Of a stretch of DNA of 64,000 nucleotides, positions 1 to 12,773 are shown one piece after another; position 1 is the stretch's first letter; every line of letters begins with the position of its first letter. A program made the position numbers and the translations under genes. The DNA comes from Mobula hypostoma (Eukaryota), in the NCBI RefSeq assembly GCF_963921235.1, contig NC_086108.1, forward strand, positions 14,880,001 through 14,944,000, written 5' to 3'. The notes below the pieces were generated by a model. That model was not told the origin of the DNA, did not search any database, and saw nothing but the letters and a program-made list of their open reading frames with translations.

Positions 1-27
1 GACCAGGTGTGCCCAAACTTTTGCATT
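1..27 (+). mobile_element. Tc1 terminal inverted repeat remnant
   Basis: GACCAGGTGTGCCCAAACTTTTGCAT closely matches the Tc1 right end at ~29566-29590. Confidence 0.45.
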
Positions 28-45
28 CCTTTGTAGATCATATTA

Positions 46-990
46 CCATATAACCATATAACAATTACAGCATGGAAACAGGCCATCCCCGCCTTCCTAG
101 TCTTTGCCGAACTCTTACTCTCACCTAGTCCCACTGACTTGCACTCAGTCTATAACCCTCCATTCCTTTCCTGTCCATATATCTATCCAATTTAACTTTA
201 AATGACAACATCAAACTCGCCTCAACCACTTCTGCTGAAAGTTCGTTCCAAACAGCTACCACTCTCTGAGTAAAGAAGTTCCCTCTCATGTTACCCCTTA
301 ACTTTTGCCCTTTAACTCTCAACTCATGTCCTCTTGTTTGAATCTCCCCCATTCTCAATGGAAAAAGCCTATCCACTTCAACTCTATCAATACCCCTCAT
401 AATTTTAAACACCTCTATCAAGTCCCCCCTCAACCTTCTATGCTCCAAAGAATAAAGACCTAACTTGTTTAACCTTTCCCTTTAACTTAGGAGATGAAAC
501 CCAGGCAACATTTTAGTAAATCTCCTCTGTACTCTCTCAATTTTATTGATATCTTTCCTATAATTCAGTGACCAGAACTGTACACAATACTCCAAATTTG
601 GCCTTACCAATGCCTTATACAATTTCAACATTACATCTCAACTTCTATACTCAATGCTCTGATTAATAAAGGCCAGCATACCAAAAGCTTTCTTCACCAA
701 CCTATCCACATGAGATTCCATCTTCAGGGAACTATGCACCATTATTCCTGGATCCCTCTGTTCTACTGCATTCTTCAATGTCCTATTTTGATTAGTCCCA
801 CCAAAATGTAGCACCTCACATTTATCGGCATTAAACTCCATCTACCATCTTTCAGCCCACTCTTCTAACTGGCCTAAATCTCTCTGTAAGCTTTGAAAGC
901 CTACTTCATTATCCACAACACCACCTATCTTAGTATCATCTGCATACTTACTAATCCAATTTACCACCCCATCTTCCAGATCATTAATAT
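46..990 (-). mobile_element. CR1 LINE, 3' fragment (RT C-terminus, 3'UTR, microsatellite tail)
   Basis: ORFs MEFNADKCEVLHFG and RRLRGDLIEVFKI...TRGH...FFTQRVV..WN; (TATGGTTA)n-type tail near 46-62. Confidence 0.9.
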
Positions 991-992
991 AT

Positions 993-1805
993 CAGTTGCA
1001 GATCTGGGCAGAGAAGTGGCAGATGGAGTTTAACCCAGATAAATGTGAGGTGTTGTACCTTGGTAGGGCAAATGCAAGGAGACAGTACACTGTTAAGGAC
1101 AAGACCCTTAACTGTGTTGGGGCCCAAGTTCATAGTTCCATGAAGATGACTGTACAGGTTGATAAGGTAGTTAAGAAGGCTGATGGAATGCTTGCTTTTA
1201 TTAGCTGAGGCATTGAGTTTAAAAGTCAAGAAGCTATGTTCCAACTTTATAAAGATCTGGTTTGGCTACTTCTTGACTATTGCAGTTCTGGTCACCCCAC
1301 TATAGGAAGGATGTTGTGGCTTCGGGAAGAAGGCAGAGAGGTTTACCAGGATGCTGCCTGGTTTGGAGGTCATGTGCTACTATCACAAGAGGCTGGACCA
1401 ACTTAGGTTGTTTTCTCTGGAGCAGCGGAGGCTGAGGAAGATCTGATAGAGGTTTATAAGATTATGAGAGGCAAAGATAGAGTATTCAGGGAGTATCTCT
1501 AGTTCCAGAGGGCATGCATTGAAGTTGAGAGGGACTACATTCAAAGGGGTATGAGTGATAAGTTTTTTATTCAGAATGGTGGATGCTTGGAATGTGTTAT
1601 GGGGGTAGAGGCAAATACACTAGAGGCTTTTAAGAGATGTTTAGATAGGCACGTGGATGTGAGGAAGATGGAGGGATATGGACATTGTGCAGGTAGGAGG
1701 GATTAGTGTTGGCGGGGGGGGGTGTTTGATTTACTTTTTTGCCAGTTCATCACAACATTGTGGGCTGAGGGGCCTTTTCCTGTGCTGTACTGTTCTGTGC
1801 TCTTT
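993..1805 (+). mobile_element. CR1 LINE, decayed 3' fragment
   Basis: WAEKWQMEFNPDKCEV motif, followed by decayed CR1 C-terminal coding sequence and a 3'UTR ending ctgtgctgtactgttct. Confidence 0.85.
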
Positions 1806-2684
1806 ATTTCACTCTGTAGATGCTGCTTGTCCCGATGACTTCTCCATTTCATCTCCGCTCGCAGATTATCTGTTGGTCCAGCTTCCTGTATCTACTGTCT
1901 CCTGTCAGTATCCGGTGAGTTGTGGCTCAGTGGGGTGGAGGGTTAGAGAAGGCGCACGGAGATACCTCATTCACACCCGGCTGAAGATCCCTGCAGCCTT
2001 GCAGCCATCAGCATATCCATCCCAGCCATCTCAGTGGCCTCCGGGATACACGTCCAAATGTATGGGGTACCCATCAGTAGGAAGTTTGTAGCCTTGGGAT
2101 GACCTTTACTGCTGTTAGGACAGAATCCATGACCCTGAACTATCTATCCAAATGAAGGACATCGACTGTCCATTTCCTTCCACAGATGCTGCTGGCTAAG
2201 TTCTTCTGGCAGCTTGTCAGTTGCTCTAGGTTCCTACATCTGCAGTCTCTCTTAGTGTTCCCCTCTCCCCATTCTCAAAGAACTGATGTCCCAAGCCCAG
2301 CTCCTCAAAGCTCTTTCTGGTCTGCCACTGCCCTTCCCAACTTGGACTGGCCCTACCAATGTCCATTGGGGCTGCAAACATCAGCAGACCATTCCCAGCT
2401 GCCAGTTTTCAAGCTTCAGTTGGCCCAGTAGGTTCACCACCCTACTGCAGCCAGTGGAAACTGCCACACTGCCCATTCACAGATCAAAGCCAAATTCCCC
2501 AGCAGGGGTTGGCATAGGTTCTCAGTCCAGGCAGTAGACCAGACTACGTGTCAGCCGTGTGCTGTGGGAAGTTGAGTGCTCACCGAGAACGGCAGGTGAT
2601 GCTAACTCCACCAAGGCACTGGAGAGGCAGTGGCAGGTCCCACTCCTCCAAATTTACCCCAGATTTACCAAGGTCACAAAGTCA

Positions 2685-3050
2685 TCTCTGCAGTATCCGG
2701 TTCAGGGCTGAGCTATAGAGAGTCTAGTTTCCTGCCAATGGTAGCCCCCAGGATGTTGATAGTACTGGATTCAGTGATGATGATGCCACTGAATGTCAAG
2801 GGATGATGGTTAGAGTCTCTCATTGGAGATAGTCATTGCCTGGCACTTGCATGGCTCGAATGTTATTTGCCACGTGTCAGCCCAAGCCTGGATATTGTCC
2901 AGGTCCTGTTGCATTTGGGTATGAACTGTTTCACTATCTGAGGAGTCACGAATGGTGCAGAACGTTGTGCAGTCATCTGCGAACATCCCCACTTCTGACC
3001 TGATGACAGAAGGAAGGACATCGATGAAGCAGCTGAAGATGATTGGTTGA
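2685..3050 (-). mobile_element. Old CR1/L2-like RT fragment
   Basis: VGMFADDCT...MQQDLDNIQAWADTWQITFEPCKCQAM contains the FADD catalytic motif. Confidence 0.6.
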
Positions 3051-3354
3051 AGTTTATCTGGAAACATTAGTGACAGGTGAAGCCTTGTGCAAGAAAGCAC
3101 CATCGGTTCTTGTTCATTTCCAGTTGGAGCTAAAGTGGAAACTGATGGCCCAAGAGCTCAGGCCTGTTGGATGCTGTGGTGGTTACTGCTGAACTGATTT
3201 GTCTTGAATTTGGAATCTGAAGAAGGATTTCTCACAAAACTAAATGTGGTCATAATTGTATTGTCCACTCAGACAATCCTCTCCACACAAACATGGGTGT
3301 TGGGGTCGAGACAAGATCTTCTCTGTAGGAGTTAGGCAGGTGAACTCAGCAGCC

Positions 3355-3975
3355 TTGAGTAATAAACAGTTTGGTGGAGGAACAGTGTGTCAGGCACTAT
3401 CTATGTAGGGAAATGAATGATCAATGTTTCGGGCTGAAAGCTAGAGAGGTGATAACCAGTATAAAGTGGTGAGGGGAAGGAGTGGAGCAGAAGCAGGCAG
3501 GTGATAGGTGGATCGAAGTGAGGAGTGGTGATAGTCGATGGGGAAATAGGGACAGAGACTGGGGGTGATCAGAGGAGGTAACAAAGGACTGCAGATGATG
3601 GACTCTGACAGGAGAGACAGGTGGATCATAGAATCAAATAAGGAAGGTGGTAAGGGCAGATGGGAACAGTTGGGGGAAGGGAACCAGTGACCTACCAATC
3701 ACTGTCTCATCCTCCCTCTGTTGTGGCAATCTTTCCTATTGCATCTCAGTCCTGATACTGGGATTCAGCCTGAATGTTGACCTATACTTTTTGCCTCACC
3801 AATGCTACTTGACCTGCCAAGCTCTTCCAGCGTTCTGTGTTTAGTTCCAGATTCTAACATCTGTAGATACAAGAGACTCCAGATGCTGGAATCTGGAGCA
3901 ACACACAAAATACTGGAGGGACTCAGCAGATCAGGCAGCCTTGTGGAGGGAAATGGACAGTTGAGCATCAGCAGT
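3355..3975. mobile_element. Decayed Penelope-derived fragments in both orientations
   Basis: Similar to the tails at 8535-8665, 41217-41650 and 62965-64000; degenerate hammerhead-like remnants at ~3420 and ~3751. Confidence 0.55.
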
Positions 3976-5039
3976 TTCTTTTGTTCTTCTCAGATGAAGC
4001 TGCAAGGTCCAAGACGACCTTAGTCTTCACAAGTTGCTGACTATTGGTAGTATATTGCTTTGATTATTATCGTACCAAGATGCGGTGAAAACATTGTTTG
4101 CATGCCATCTTGACAGATTATTTCATACACAGTATGGAAAAAGACATGCAGAATAAAGTGTTACAATTACAGACAAAATGAGGTGCAGGTAGACAAGTGA
4201 AGTGCAAGGGCCATGGCGATGTAGATTAGGAGGACAAAAGTTCATATATAGCAAATGGGAGGTCTGTTTCTGTTCAAGAGTCAGAGGAGAGATGAATAGA
4301 AGTTATCACTGAGCCTGGTTGTATGTGTTCCCAAGCTATCGTATCTTCTGCCCAAGGAGATGGGGGAGAAGAGTGGAAGTCCAGGGTTAGAGCAATCATT
4401 GATCCTGCGGGTTACTTTCATGGGAGAGCTGGAAGTATAAATGGCGTTCATGAAGGGTAGGCTGTTTTTCATGGGGGACTGGTCTGTGTTCACAACTTTC
4501 TGCAATTTTTCATGGTATCTCCTGCATGATGGGAGAGAGAAGAAATAATGACCAGGGAGAGAGTCCCTGATTATGCAAGAGAAGGAACAAGCACATGCAC
4601 TTGAAATGTGTGATCCCAAACACCATCTCCTCTGATGGCAGAGGTAGCCAGCTCACAGGAAGAGGAGAACAGATATATGTCCCAATACTCACCCTCCCTG
4701 CAGTTTATTGAACATTAACAAATGGTTTGAGAACAAGAGCCGCTATACTCCCCAGAGGTCAGAGAGTGGCTCTGAAGAATTTCTCTGCATGTGGCAAAGT
4801 GTGAGGACATTGGCGAAAGGTAAAGAGAAGCTTAGGATGCACCTTCTCTCTCCCAGAAGAGAGACTGCAGACTCAGGAGCCCAGGTAACAGAGCTCTCGG
4901 AAAACATAGAACATCCCTACCACTGGGGACGCAGTCAGTCATAGTCTGGGAACAACGGCAACAGTGACCTTCACCAGTTCATCAATGTGGCTAAAAGGGG
5001 ATGCAGATCTCAACAACCATGGCCTTTGACTACATCGTG

Positions 5040-5947
5040 ATTCATCAATTCTTAGCAGTGTGGAGGAACTGAGGGATCTTGGGGTCCACTTCCATTGGTC
5101 CCTTAAAGCTGCTGGGCAAGTTGATAGGGTGGTTAAGAAGGTGTATGGTGTGTTGGCCTTCATTAGTCAGGGGGCTGAGATCAAGGGCCATTCCAGCTTT
5201 TTAAAACTCTGATTGTACCACACTTGGAATATCATGTTCAGTTCTTGATGCCTCATTATAGGAAGGATGTGGTAGCTTTATAGAGTGTGCAAAGGAGATT
5301 TACTAGGATGCTGCCTGGATTAGAGAGCATGTCTTATGAGGAGAGGCTGAGTAAGCTAGGGCTTTACTCTGTGGGGAGAAGGAAGATGAGAGGTGACTTG
5401 ATAGAAGTGTATAAGATGTTAAGAGGCATAGATAGAGTGGACAGACAGAGACTTTTACCGAGGGTAGAAATGGTGAATATGGGTGGACATAAATCAAAGC
5501 TGATTAGTGGAAAGTATAGGATGATGTCAAAGGTATGTGTTTTTTACACAGAGAACAGTGGGTGCATGGAATGTCCTGCCAGGGGTTACGGACAATCAGG
5601 AAACTCTTAGTTAGCTACATGATGGCTTGATAGAGGGATACAAGATGATAAGTGGATAGCCAGAGATTTTTTTTCCCCAGGGCAGAAATAGTGAATATAT
5701 AATTTTATGGTGATTGGAGGAAAGTATCAGAGGGATGTTTCTTCACACAGAGAATGGTAGGCGTGTGGTATACACTACCAGGGTTGGTGGTAGACAGTAA
5801 TACATTAGGGAGATTTCAGACACTCTCAGATAGGCACATGGATGAAAGAAAAATGGAGGGATAGGAAACATTAGAGTAGCTTAAGAGATCAGGACAACAT
5901 GGGGTGGGGGAGCAAAGGTTCTGAACTGTGCTGTACTGTTCTATGTT
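5040..5947 (+). mobile_element. CR1 LINE 3' fragment(s)
   Basis: QRRFTRMLPGLESMSYEERL..LGLYS..RR.MRGDLIEVYK; ends with tgtactgttctatgtt. Confidence 0.85.
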
Positions 5948-6569
5948 TCACCAGTGTGTTACTCTCTCAGTACCGCCCCTTGATCAATGTAATGTTCCCT
6001 CAGCACTCCCCCTCCCACAGTGCAGCATCCCAGCTGTTTATTTCTCTCTAGCTGGATTGCCACCCATGCTCCTTGTCTGTAGTTAGAAACCCTCAAAGGT
6101 AATTATCAGTTGGAATAAGGACTTAGCTCAACAGTGTCTCTCTTACTATCAACAATCAAAGCAAGGACTGTCCCTGTACCATCACCCTGACAACATCTTC
6201 CATCATACTGTGTGGCACTATAAGCATCTTAACTGGGGCAATTAGAACTGGCCGCCCACGGTGATCTGGGCCGTTGAAGACAGTGCAGTAAGAGAGGTGA
6301 CATGGATCAGGAAGTATCATGTGGACCGTTGGCAGCATAAGGAATCACTGGACCATGTAATCTCATGGCTTGTACAACCCACAGACCTGGGGAATTCAAA
6401 TTGGGCACAGAAAGGTGGATTTGATTCCATCTCACTGGACCACCCTGTAGGCCTGGGCTCAGCTGCTTCCTCCATTAACCACCTTAGTCTCTTTTTACTA
6501 TGCTCCCTTTTGTGACCGCACATTTTGTCACATCAGTCACAATATCTCTTCATGTCCAATGTGAGCTTC

Positions 6570-7405
6570 ATGCCACAATCTTCCAGTGGATGATGCCAAA
6601 ATTAGTGGTGTGGTGGGCAGTGAAGTAGGTCATCTAAGATTACAGCCAGATCCTGGTCAGCTGGGGAAGTGGGCCAAAGAAAGGCAGATAGAATTTTACT
6701 CAAAGAAAAGCAAAATTATCAAGTTAAACCAGGGAAGGACAACAAACGGCAGGAGCCCGAGGAGTATCGTAGGCTGAGAGGTAGAGGTACACAGTTCCCT
6801 GAAAGTGTCTACACAGATAAATAGGGAGATGAAGAAGGCTTTGTCATGCTGGTCTTCATCAGTTAGAGTATCGAATACAGCATTTGGGATGTCATGTTAC
6901 AACTGTGCGAGTCATTGGCGTACAAAACCACACTTGGAGGTTGTTTGAAGTTCTGGTCACCCAGCAATAGGAAGGCTGTCATTAAGCTGGGAAGATTGGA
7001 GAGAAGATTCATAAGGATATTACTGGCACTAGATGGCTTGAGTTACAAGGAGAGATTGGATAGGCTGAGGCTTCTTTCCCATAAGTGCAGGATACTGAGG
7101 GATGACCTTAGAAGATTTATAAAATCATGAGGGTCGAAGATAAGGTGGACAGTCGCAGTCTTTTTCCCAGGGTACGTGGGGAGTTTTAAAAGAAACCTGA
7201 AAGAAATCTTTTTCACAAAGAGGGTGGTAGATACAACAATTCTTGAGAGGAAGTGGCAGAGCTGAGTACAATTAATATGTTTAAAAGAACTTTGGACAGG
7301 TACATTAATAAGTAAAGTTCAGAGTGCCCAATGCCAGCATTAGGACTAGCTTAGGTAATCACCTTAGTTGGCATGGATGAGTTTGCTGAAAGGCCTATTT
7401 CCATT
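6570..7405 (+). mobile_element. Decayed CR1 RT fragment
   Basis: DDAKISGVV and FWSP..RK..IKL.RLERRF..I motifs. Confidence 0.75.
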
Positions 7406-8172
7406 CCATTAGTATTGTTAGTATTTTCATGGAGCTAATTGCCATATAAGACAGTGTGAACTGAGGAGAAGAGGGAGCAGTACCAGGCGTGTAACAGTTA
7501 TATATTTAGCTTCCTCACAGAGCAACAGACAGGCCTTTGTCATGTTGCCCGTTGGCCCTGATTGCTGTTGACTAGGAACATAATTTGAATACTCCTGCAG
7601 CGCCCAAATCCCAGAGTGCGTTCCCTAGCAACTAAACTGCAAAGTCGGAACACAAAATATCAAGCTGGAATACCAGAAGAGATTTTGTCACCAGAGATAC
7701 AGGATTGTTGAATTTGGTCAGGGTTAGTCACTGACAGGGTTTGAGCAGGAGTGTCAGTCAAGGAGGAGCCTCATCGAGGCTGCAAAATACACCGAAAATG
7801 TTCCACCATTTTTTCATTTTTTTTTCCATTTCTTGTACTGTAACACCGCTGCAAGATAAATTTCATGACATTAAGTATGTCAGTGATAATACACCTGATT
7901 CTGATTTATCGGGCAGCTCCATGCATTACCCACCTCTGGAGGAGGCAGGGAGGAGGGGAAGGGGGGGTTGTCAGCACCCTGTATCTCAATGGTTATTGGC
8001 TGCACTGCCAAGCACCCCAACTGCCCATGTTCATGACCTGGGCACAAGCCCACAGGGATCATTTTCCAGGCTAGTGCCAGGCTGAATGTCTCTGTTACTC
8101 CGGAATCTCCCAACAGACAGGAGGGCTGGAAATTTTGCAATCAGTGACAGGCACTGTCTCTTTTCCGTATTG

Positions 8173-8442
8173 GGTGGTACGATAGCGTAGTGGTTAGCAC
8201 AACGCTTTACAGTATGGGCAAATCAGGTTCAATTCCCGCCACTGACTGGAAGGAGTTTGGATGTTCTCCCCGTGACTGCACGGGACTCCTCCCACAACCC
8301 AAAGACGTACTGGTTGGTAGGTTAATTGATCATTATAAATTGTCCCGTGATTAGGCTAGGATGAAATCGGGGAATTGCTGGATGGAGCAGGTTGAAGGGC
8401 CAGAAGAGTCTATTCTGCGTTGCATCTCAATAAATGAATAAA
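8173..8442 (+). mobile_element. tRNA-derived SINE, HE1/V-SINE-like
   Basis: Pol III A box TAGCGTAGTGG, B box GGTTCAATTCC, V-domain-like GGAGTTTGGATGTTCTCCCCGTG, and an (AATAAAT)n tail. A related copy lies at ~37165-37400. Confidence 0.75.
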
Positions 8443-8532
8443 TTTGAACAGAGAACTGCCCAGCAACACTCATCACTGAGTAATGGCAGGCATGGAAATA
8501 CAGATAGAGAGACAAATAGAGAACATTACAGT

Positions 8533-8568
8533 GTCCTGACGAAGGGTCTTGGCCTGAAACGTCGACTG
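8533..8568 (+). ncRNA. Minimal type I hammerhead ribozyme motif
   Basis: gtc-CTGACGA-agg..cct-GAAA-CGTC|gac: conserved core, short stem II, palindromic ACGT stem III, as known for Penelope pLTRs. Confidence 0.7.
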
Positions 8569-8665
8569 TACCTCTTCCTAGAGATGCTGCCTGGCCTGCT
8601 GCGTTCACCAGCAACTTTGATGTATGTTGCTTGAATTTCCAGCATCTGCATAATTCCTGTTGTTT
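8535..8665 (+). mobile_element. 131-bp Penelope-derived insertion with 12-bp TSD
   Basis: Direct repeat ACATTACAGTGT at 8523-8534 and 8666-8677; body matches 41521-41650. Confidence 0.8.
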
Positions 8666-8684
8666 ACATTACAGTGTGTTTGGG

Positions 8685-9730
8685 CTACACCTGTATATCC
8701 AGGTGGAGAATGTTCATTGAGGTACAGCTGCAGAGATAGGTAGTGAAAGTTACTCCTTGTGGATGGAACATCACCTCTAGAGACAGGTAGTCAAGATTAC
8801 ATAGAAACATAGAAAATAGGTGCAGGAGTAGGCCATTTGGCCCTTCGAGCCTGCACCGCCATTTATTATGATCATGGCTGATCATCCAACTCAGAACCCC
8901 GCCCCTGCCTTCCCTCCATACCCCCTGACCCCTGTAGCCACAAGGGCCACATCTAACTCCCTCTTAAACATAGCCAATGAACTGGCCTCAACAGTTTGCT
9001 GTGGCAGAGAATTCCACAGATTCACCACTCTCTGTGTGAAGAAGTTTTTCCTAATCTCGGTCCTAAAAGGCTTCCCCTCTATCCTCAAACTGTGACCCCT
9101 CGTTCTGGACTTCCCCAACATCGGGAACAATCTTCCTGCATCTAGCCTGTCCAATCCCTTTAGGATCTTATACGTTTCAATCAGATCCCCCCTCAATCTT
9201 CTAAATTCCAACGAGTACAAGCCCAGTTCATCCAGTCTTTCTTCATATGAAAGTCCTGCCATCCCAGGAATCAATCTGGTGAACCTTCTTTGTACTCCCT
9301 CTATGGTAAAGATGTCTTTCCTCAGATTAGGGGACCAAAACGGCACACAATACTCCAGGTGTGGTCTCGCCAAGGCCTTGTACAACTGCAGTAGTACCTC
9401 CCTGCTCCTGTACTCGAATCCTCTCGCTATAAATGCCAGCATACCATTCGCCTTTTTCACCGCCTGCTGTACCTGCATGCCCACTTTCAATGACTGGTGT
9501 ATAATGACACCCAGGTCTCGTTGCACCTCCCCTTTTCCTAATCGGCCACCATTCAGATAATAATCTGTTTTCCCATTTTTGCCACCAAAGTGGATAACTT
9601 CACATTACGCAGTATGGATGGAACTACACCTGTAGAGACAGGTGTGGATGGAACTACACCTGCAGAGACAGGTAGAGAATGTTACTCAGTGTGAATAGAA
9701 TTACGCCTCTAGAGACAGGCAGAGAATATC
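8685..9730. repeat. ~30-bp degenerate tandem repeat interrupted by a CR1
   Basis: Units like TGTGGATGGAACTACACCTGTAGAGACAGG occur on both sides of the CR1 at 8799-9606. Confidence 0.7.
8799..9606 (-). mobile_element. Young 5'-truncated CR1
   Basis: Uninterrupted 211-aa ORF (8891-9526) nearly identical to the C-terminal half of 52560-53795; (TTCTATGT)n tail. Confidence 0.95.
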
Positions 9731-12700
9731 CTGGATGTGTTTCAGACTGTCTAAGTGGAGAGCTTGGAGAGCCTCCTCACTTGGTAATGCTTGGGTGTCA
9801 TTCTAAAAGTCACAACCTCTTTGATGATCTTTAAACTTTGTAGGTCTCTATACAGTATGGATCTAATTCTTTTAGATCAATGACACCCCCCCCTTAGCAC
9901 TATGTATTGATCTGTTGTCTGCACATTTGCAGTTGTCTACGCATGTGCCTTGTTCTCTCTCTCACTGCAATGTGACTACATCAATTAAAGCCATCTCACG
10001 CGTGCATGTTTTTATTTAATCGATATGTAGTTGTGCACAGACACACAAGTTGTTGACAAGTACGAACCTGAATGTCAGGAAATATCATGAACTGCTCCAA
10101 CAGTTATGGGATGAAACAGCATGGAGAAGGTTGTCACAGATGCTAACAAAGGAATGCATGAGTAACTGCCTGCTTAGTACACAGTGAAAGACACACTGAA
10201 TTTAAAGTGAAAATAACATAGTGACAGCTTCAGTTGGGAAAGTTGATGAATTTGATAGTGCTAATGATGGCTGGGGATCATATATCGAGAGAGTGGAACT
10301 GTATTGTAATGCAAACAATGTGGAGGAGCAAAAGAAAGCCCCTACACTTCTTTGTTTAATGGGTGCAAGAGCATACAGTCTCGACACCCCTGCAAACCCA
10401 GCTTGCAATTGTGATAATTTTACAAAATCACTTGAGCCCTAAACTGCAAGTAATAGCTGAGAGATTTAGATGTTACATGATCAGATATGGAGACGTCATG
10501 TGGACCAGATACTGGATGCTCAACCAAAGAACACACCTGCGTCGATTACATCCAACAAGACTGACACATTGCACTCACTGGACTTACCTCTCAGTGATTT
10601 TGTCACTGACAACAATGTGACTCCGGAAACCAAGAATGTTGTCTTAGACAAGACACCTGCCACACCCAGTGCCGCTCCACATTCGATCATGGATGTCAGC
10701 AAGTTAGACTGGCAGGAAGAATCTAAAAAGAATACAGCTTTATAGAGCAGGCGCCAGAGGAGTGGTCATCAGGGCAGAGGGAGTCAGAGTAGGAGGGCTT
10801 TGGTAATAACAGGTCAAGGCAAGGTAAGTTAGCTGTGAAGAATAGGAATAGGAAGTATGTCTGCTGGGCCGGTGTTCTGCACGGAGTGTCGGATATGGGA
10901 TGTCCGGGAGAGTCCCAGCCTCCCGGACAGCCACATGTGCGCCAGGTGTATTGAGCTGCAGCTCCTTAGGGACTGGGTTAGGGAACTGGAGATGCAGCTT
11001 GATGACCTTCGTCTGGTCAGGGACAGTGAGGAGGTGATAGATAGAAGCAATAGGCAAGTAGTCACACCGGGGCCTTGGGAGACAGTTAAGTGGGTAACAG
11101 TCAGGAGAGGGAAGGGCAAGAGTCAGATGCTAGAGAGTATCACTGTGGCTGTCCCCCTTAACAATAAGTACTCCTGTCTGAGTACTATTGGAGGGGACGA
11201 TCTATCTGGGAGAAGTAACAGTGGCCGTGCCTCTGGCACAGAGTTTGGCCCTGTGGCTCAGAAGGGTAGGGAAAGGAAGAGGATGGCAGCAGTGATAGGG
11301 GACTCTATAGTCAGGGGGTCAGACAGGCGATTCCGTGGACGCAGGAAAGAAGCACGGATGGTAGTTTGCCTGCCATGTGCCAGGGTCCGGGATGTTTCTG
11401 ATCGCGTCCAATATCCTGAAGTGGGAAGGTGTAACAGCCAGAGGTTGTGGTACATATTGGTACCAACAACATAGGTAAGGAAAGGGAGGAGGCCCTGAAA
11501 ACAGACTACAGGGAGTTAGGAGAGAAGTTGAGAGAAGCAGAAACTCAAAGGAAGTAATTTTGGGATTACTGCCTGTGCCTCGCAACAGTGAGCATAGGAA
11601 TAGAGTGAGGTGGAGGATAAATGCGTGGCTGAGGGATTGGAGCAGGGGGCAGGGATTCAGATTTCTGGATCATTGGGACCTCTTTTGGGGCAGGAGTGCC
11701 CTGTACAAAAAGGATGAGTTGCACTTGAATCCGAGGGGGATCAATATCCTGGCGGGGAGGTTTGCTAAGGCTACTGGGGAAAGTTTAAACTAGAATTGCT
11801 GGGGGGGGGGTGGGAACTGAACTGAAGAGATGGAGGAAGGGGCAATTGGTTCACAAATTGAGAAAGCTTGTAGACAGTGTGAGAGGGAGGATAGGCAGGT
11901 CAAGTCAAGTCAAGTCATTTTTTATTGTCATTTCAACCATAACTGCTGGTACGGAACATAGTAAAAATGAGACAACATTTTCCAGGACCATGGTGCTACA
12001 TGAAACAATACAAAAACTACACTGAACTACGTAAGAAAAAACACAAAAACTACACTAGACTACAGTCCTATCCAGGACAGCATAAAGTGCACAAAACAGT
12101 GCAGGAATTACAATAAATAATAAACAAGACAATAGGCACAGTAGAGGGCAGTAGGTTGGTGTCAAGCCAGGCTGTGGGTATTGAGGAGTCTGATGACCTG
12201 GGGGAAGAAACTGTTTCATAGTCTAGTCGTGAGAGCCCGAATGCTTTGGTGCCTTTTTCCAGATGGCAGGAGGGAGAAGAGTTTATATGAGGGGTGCGTG
12301 GGGTCCTTCATAATGTTGTTTGCTTTGTGGATGCAGCGTGTGGTGTAAATGTCTGTGATGGCGGGAAGAGAGACCCCGATGATCTTCTCAGCTGACCTCA
12401 TTATCCGCTGCAGGGTCTTGCGATCCGAGATGGTGCAATTTCCGAACCAGGCCGTGATGCAGCTGCTCAAGATGCTCTCAATACAACCTCTGTAGAATGT
12501 GGTGAGGTTGGGGGGGTGGGAGATGAACTTTTCTAAGCCTTCGCAGAAAGTAGAGACGCTGCTGGGCTTTCTTTGTTATGGAACTGGTGTTGAGGGACCA
12601 GGTGAGATTCTCCGCCAGGTGAACACCAAGAAATTTGGTGCTTTTAACGATCTCTATGGAGGAGACATTGATGTTCAGTGGAGAGTAGTCGCTACATGTC

Positions 12701-12773
12701 CTCCTGAAGTCAACAACCATCTCTTTTGTTTTGTTTACATTCAGAGACAGGTTGTTGGCTCTGCACCAGTCCG

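Noticed and set aside
8173..8245. tRNA gene
   Set aside because: It has A and B boxes but no proper cloverleaf, and continues into a SINE body.
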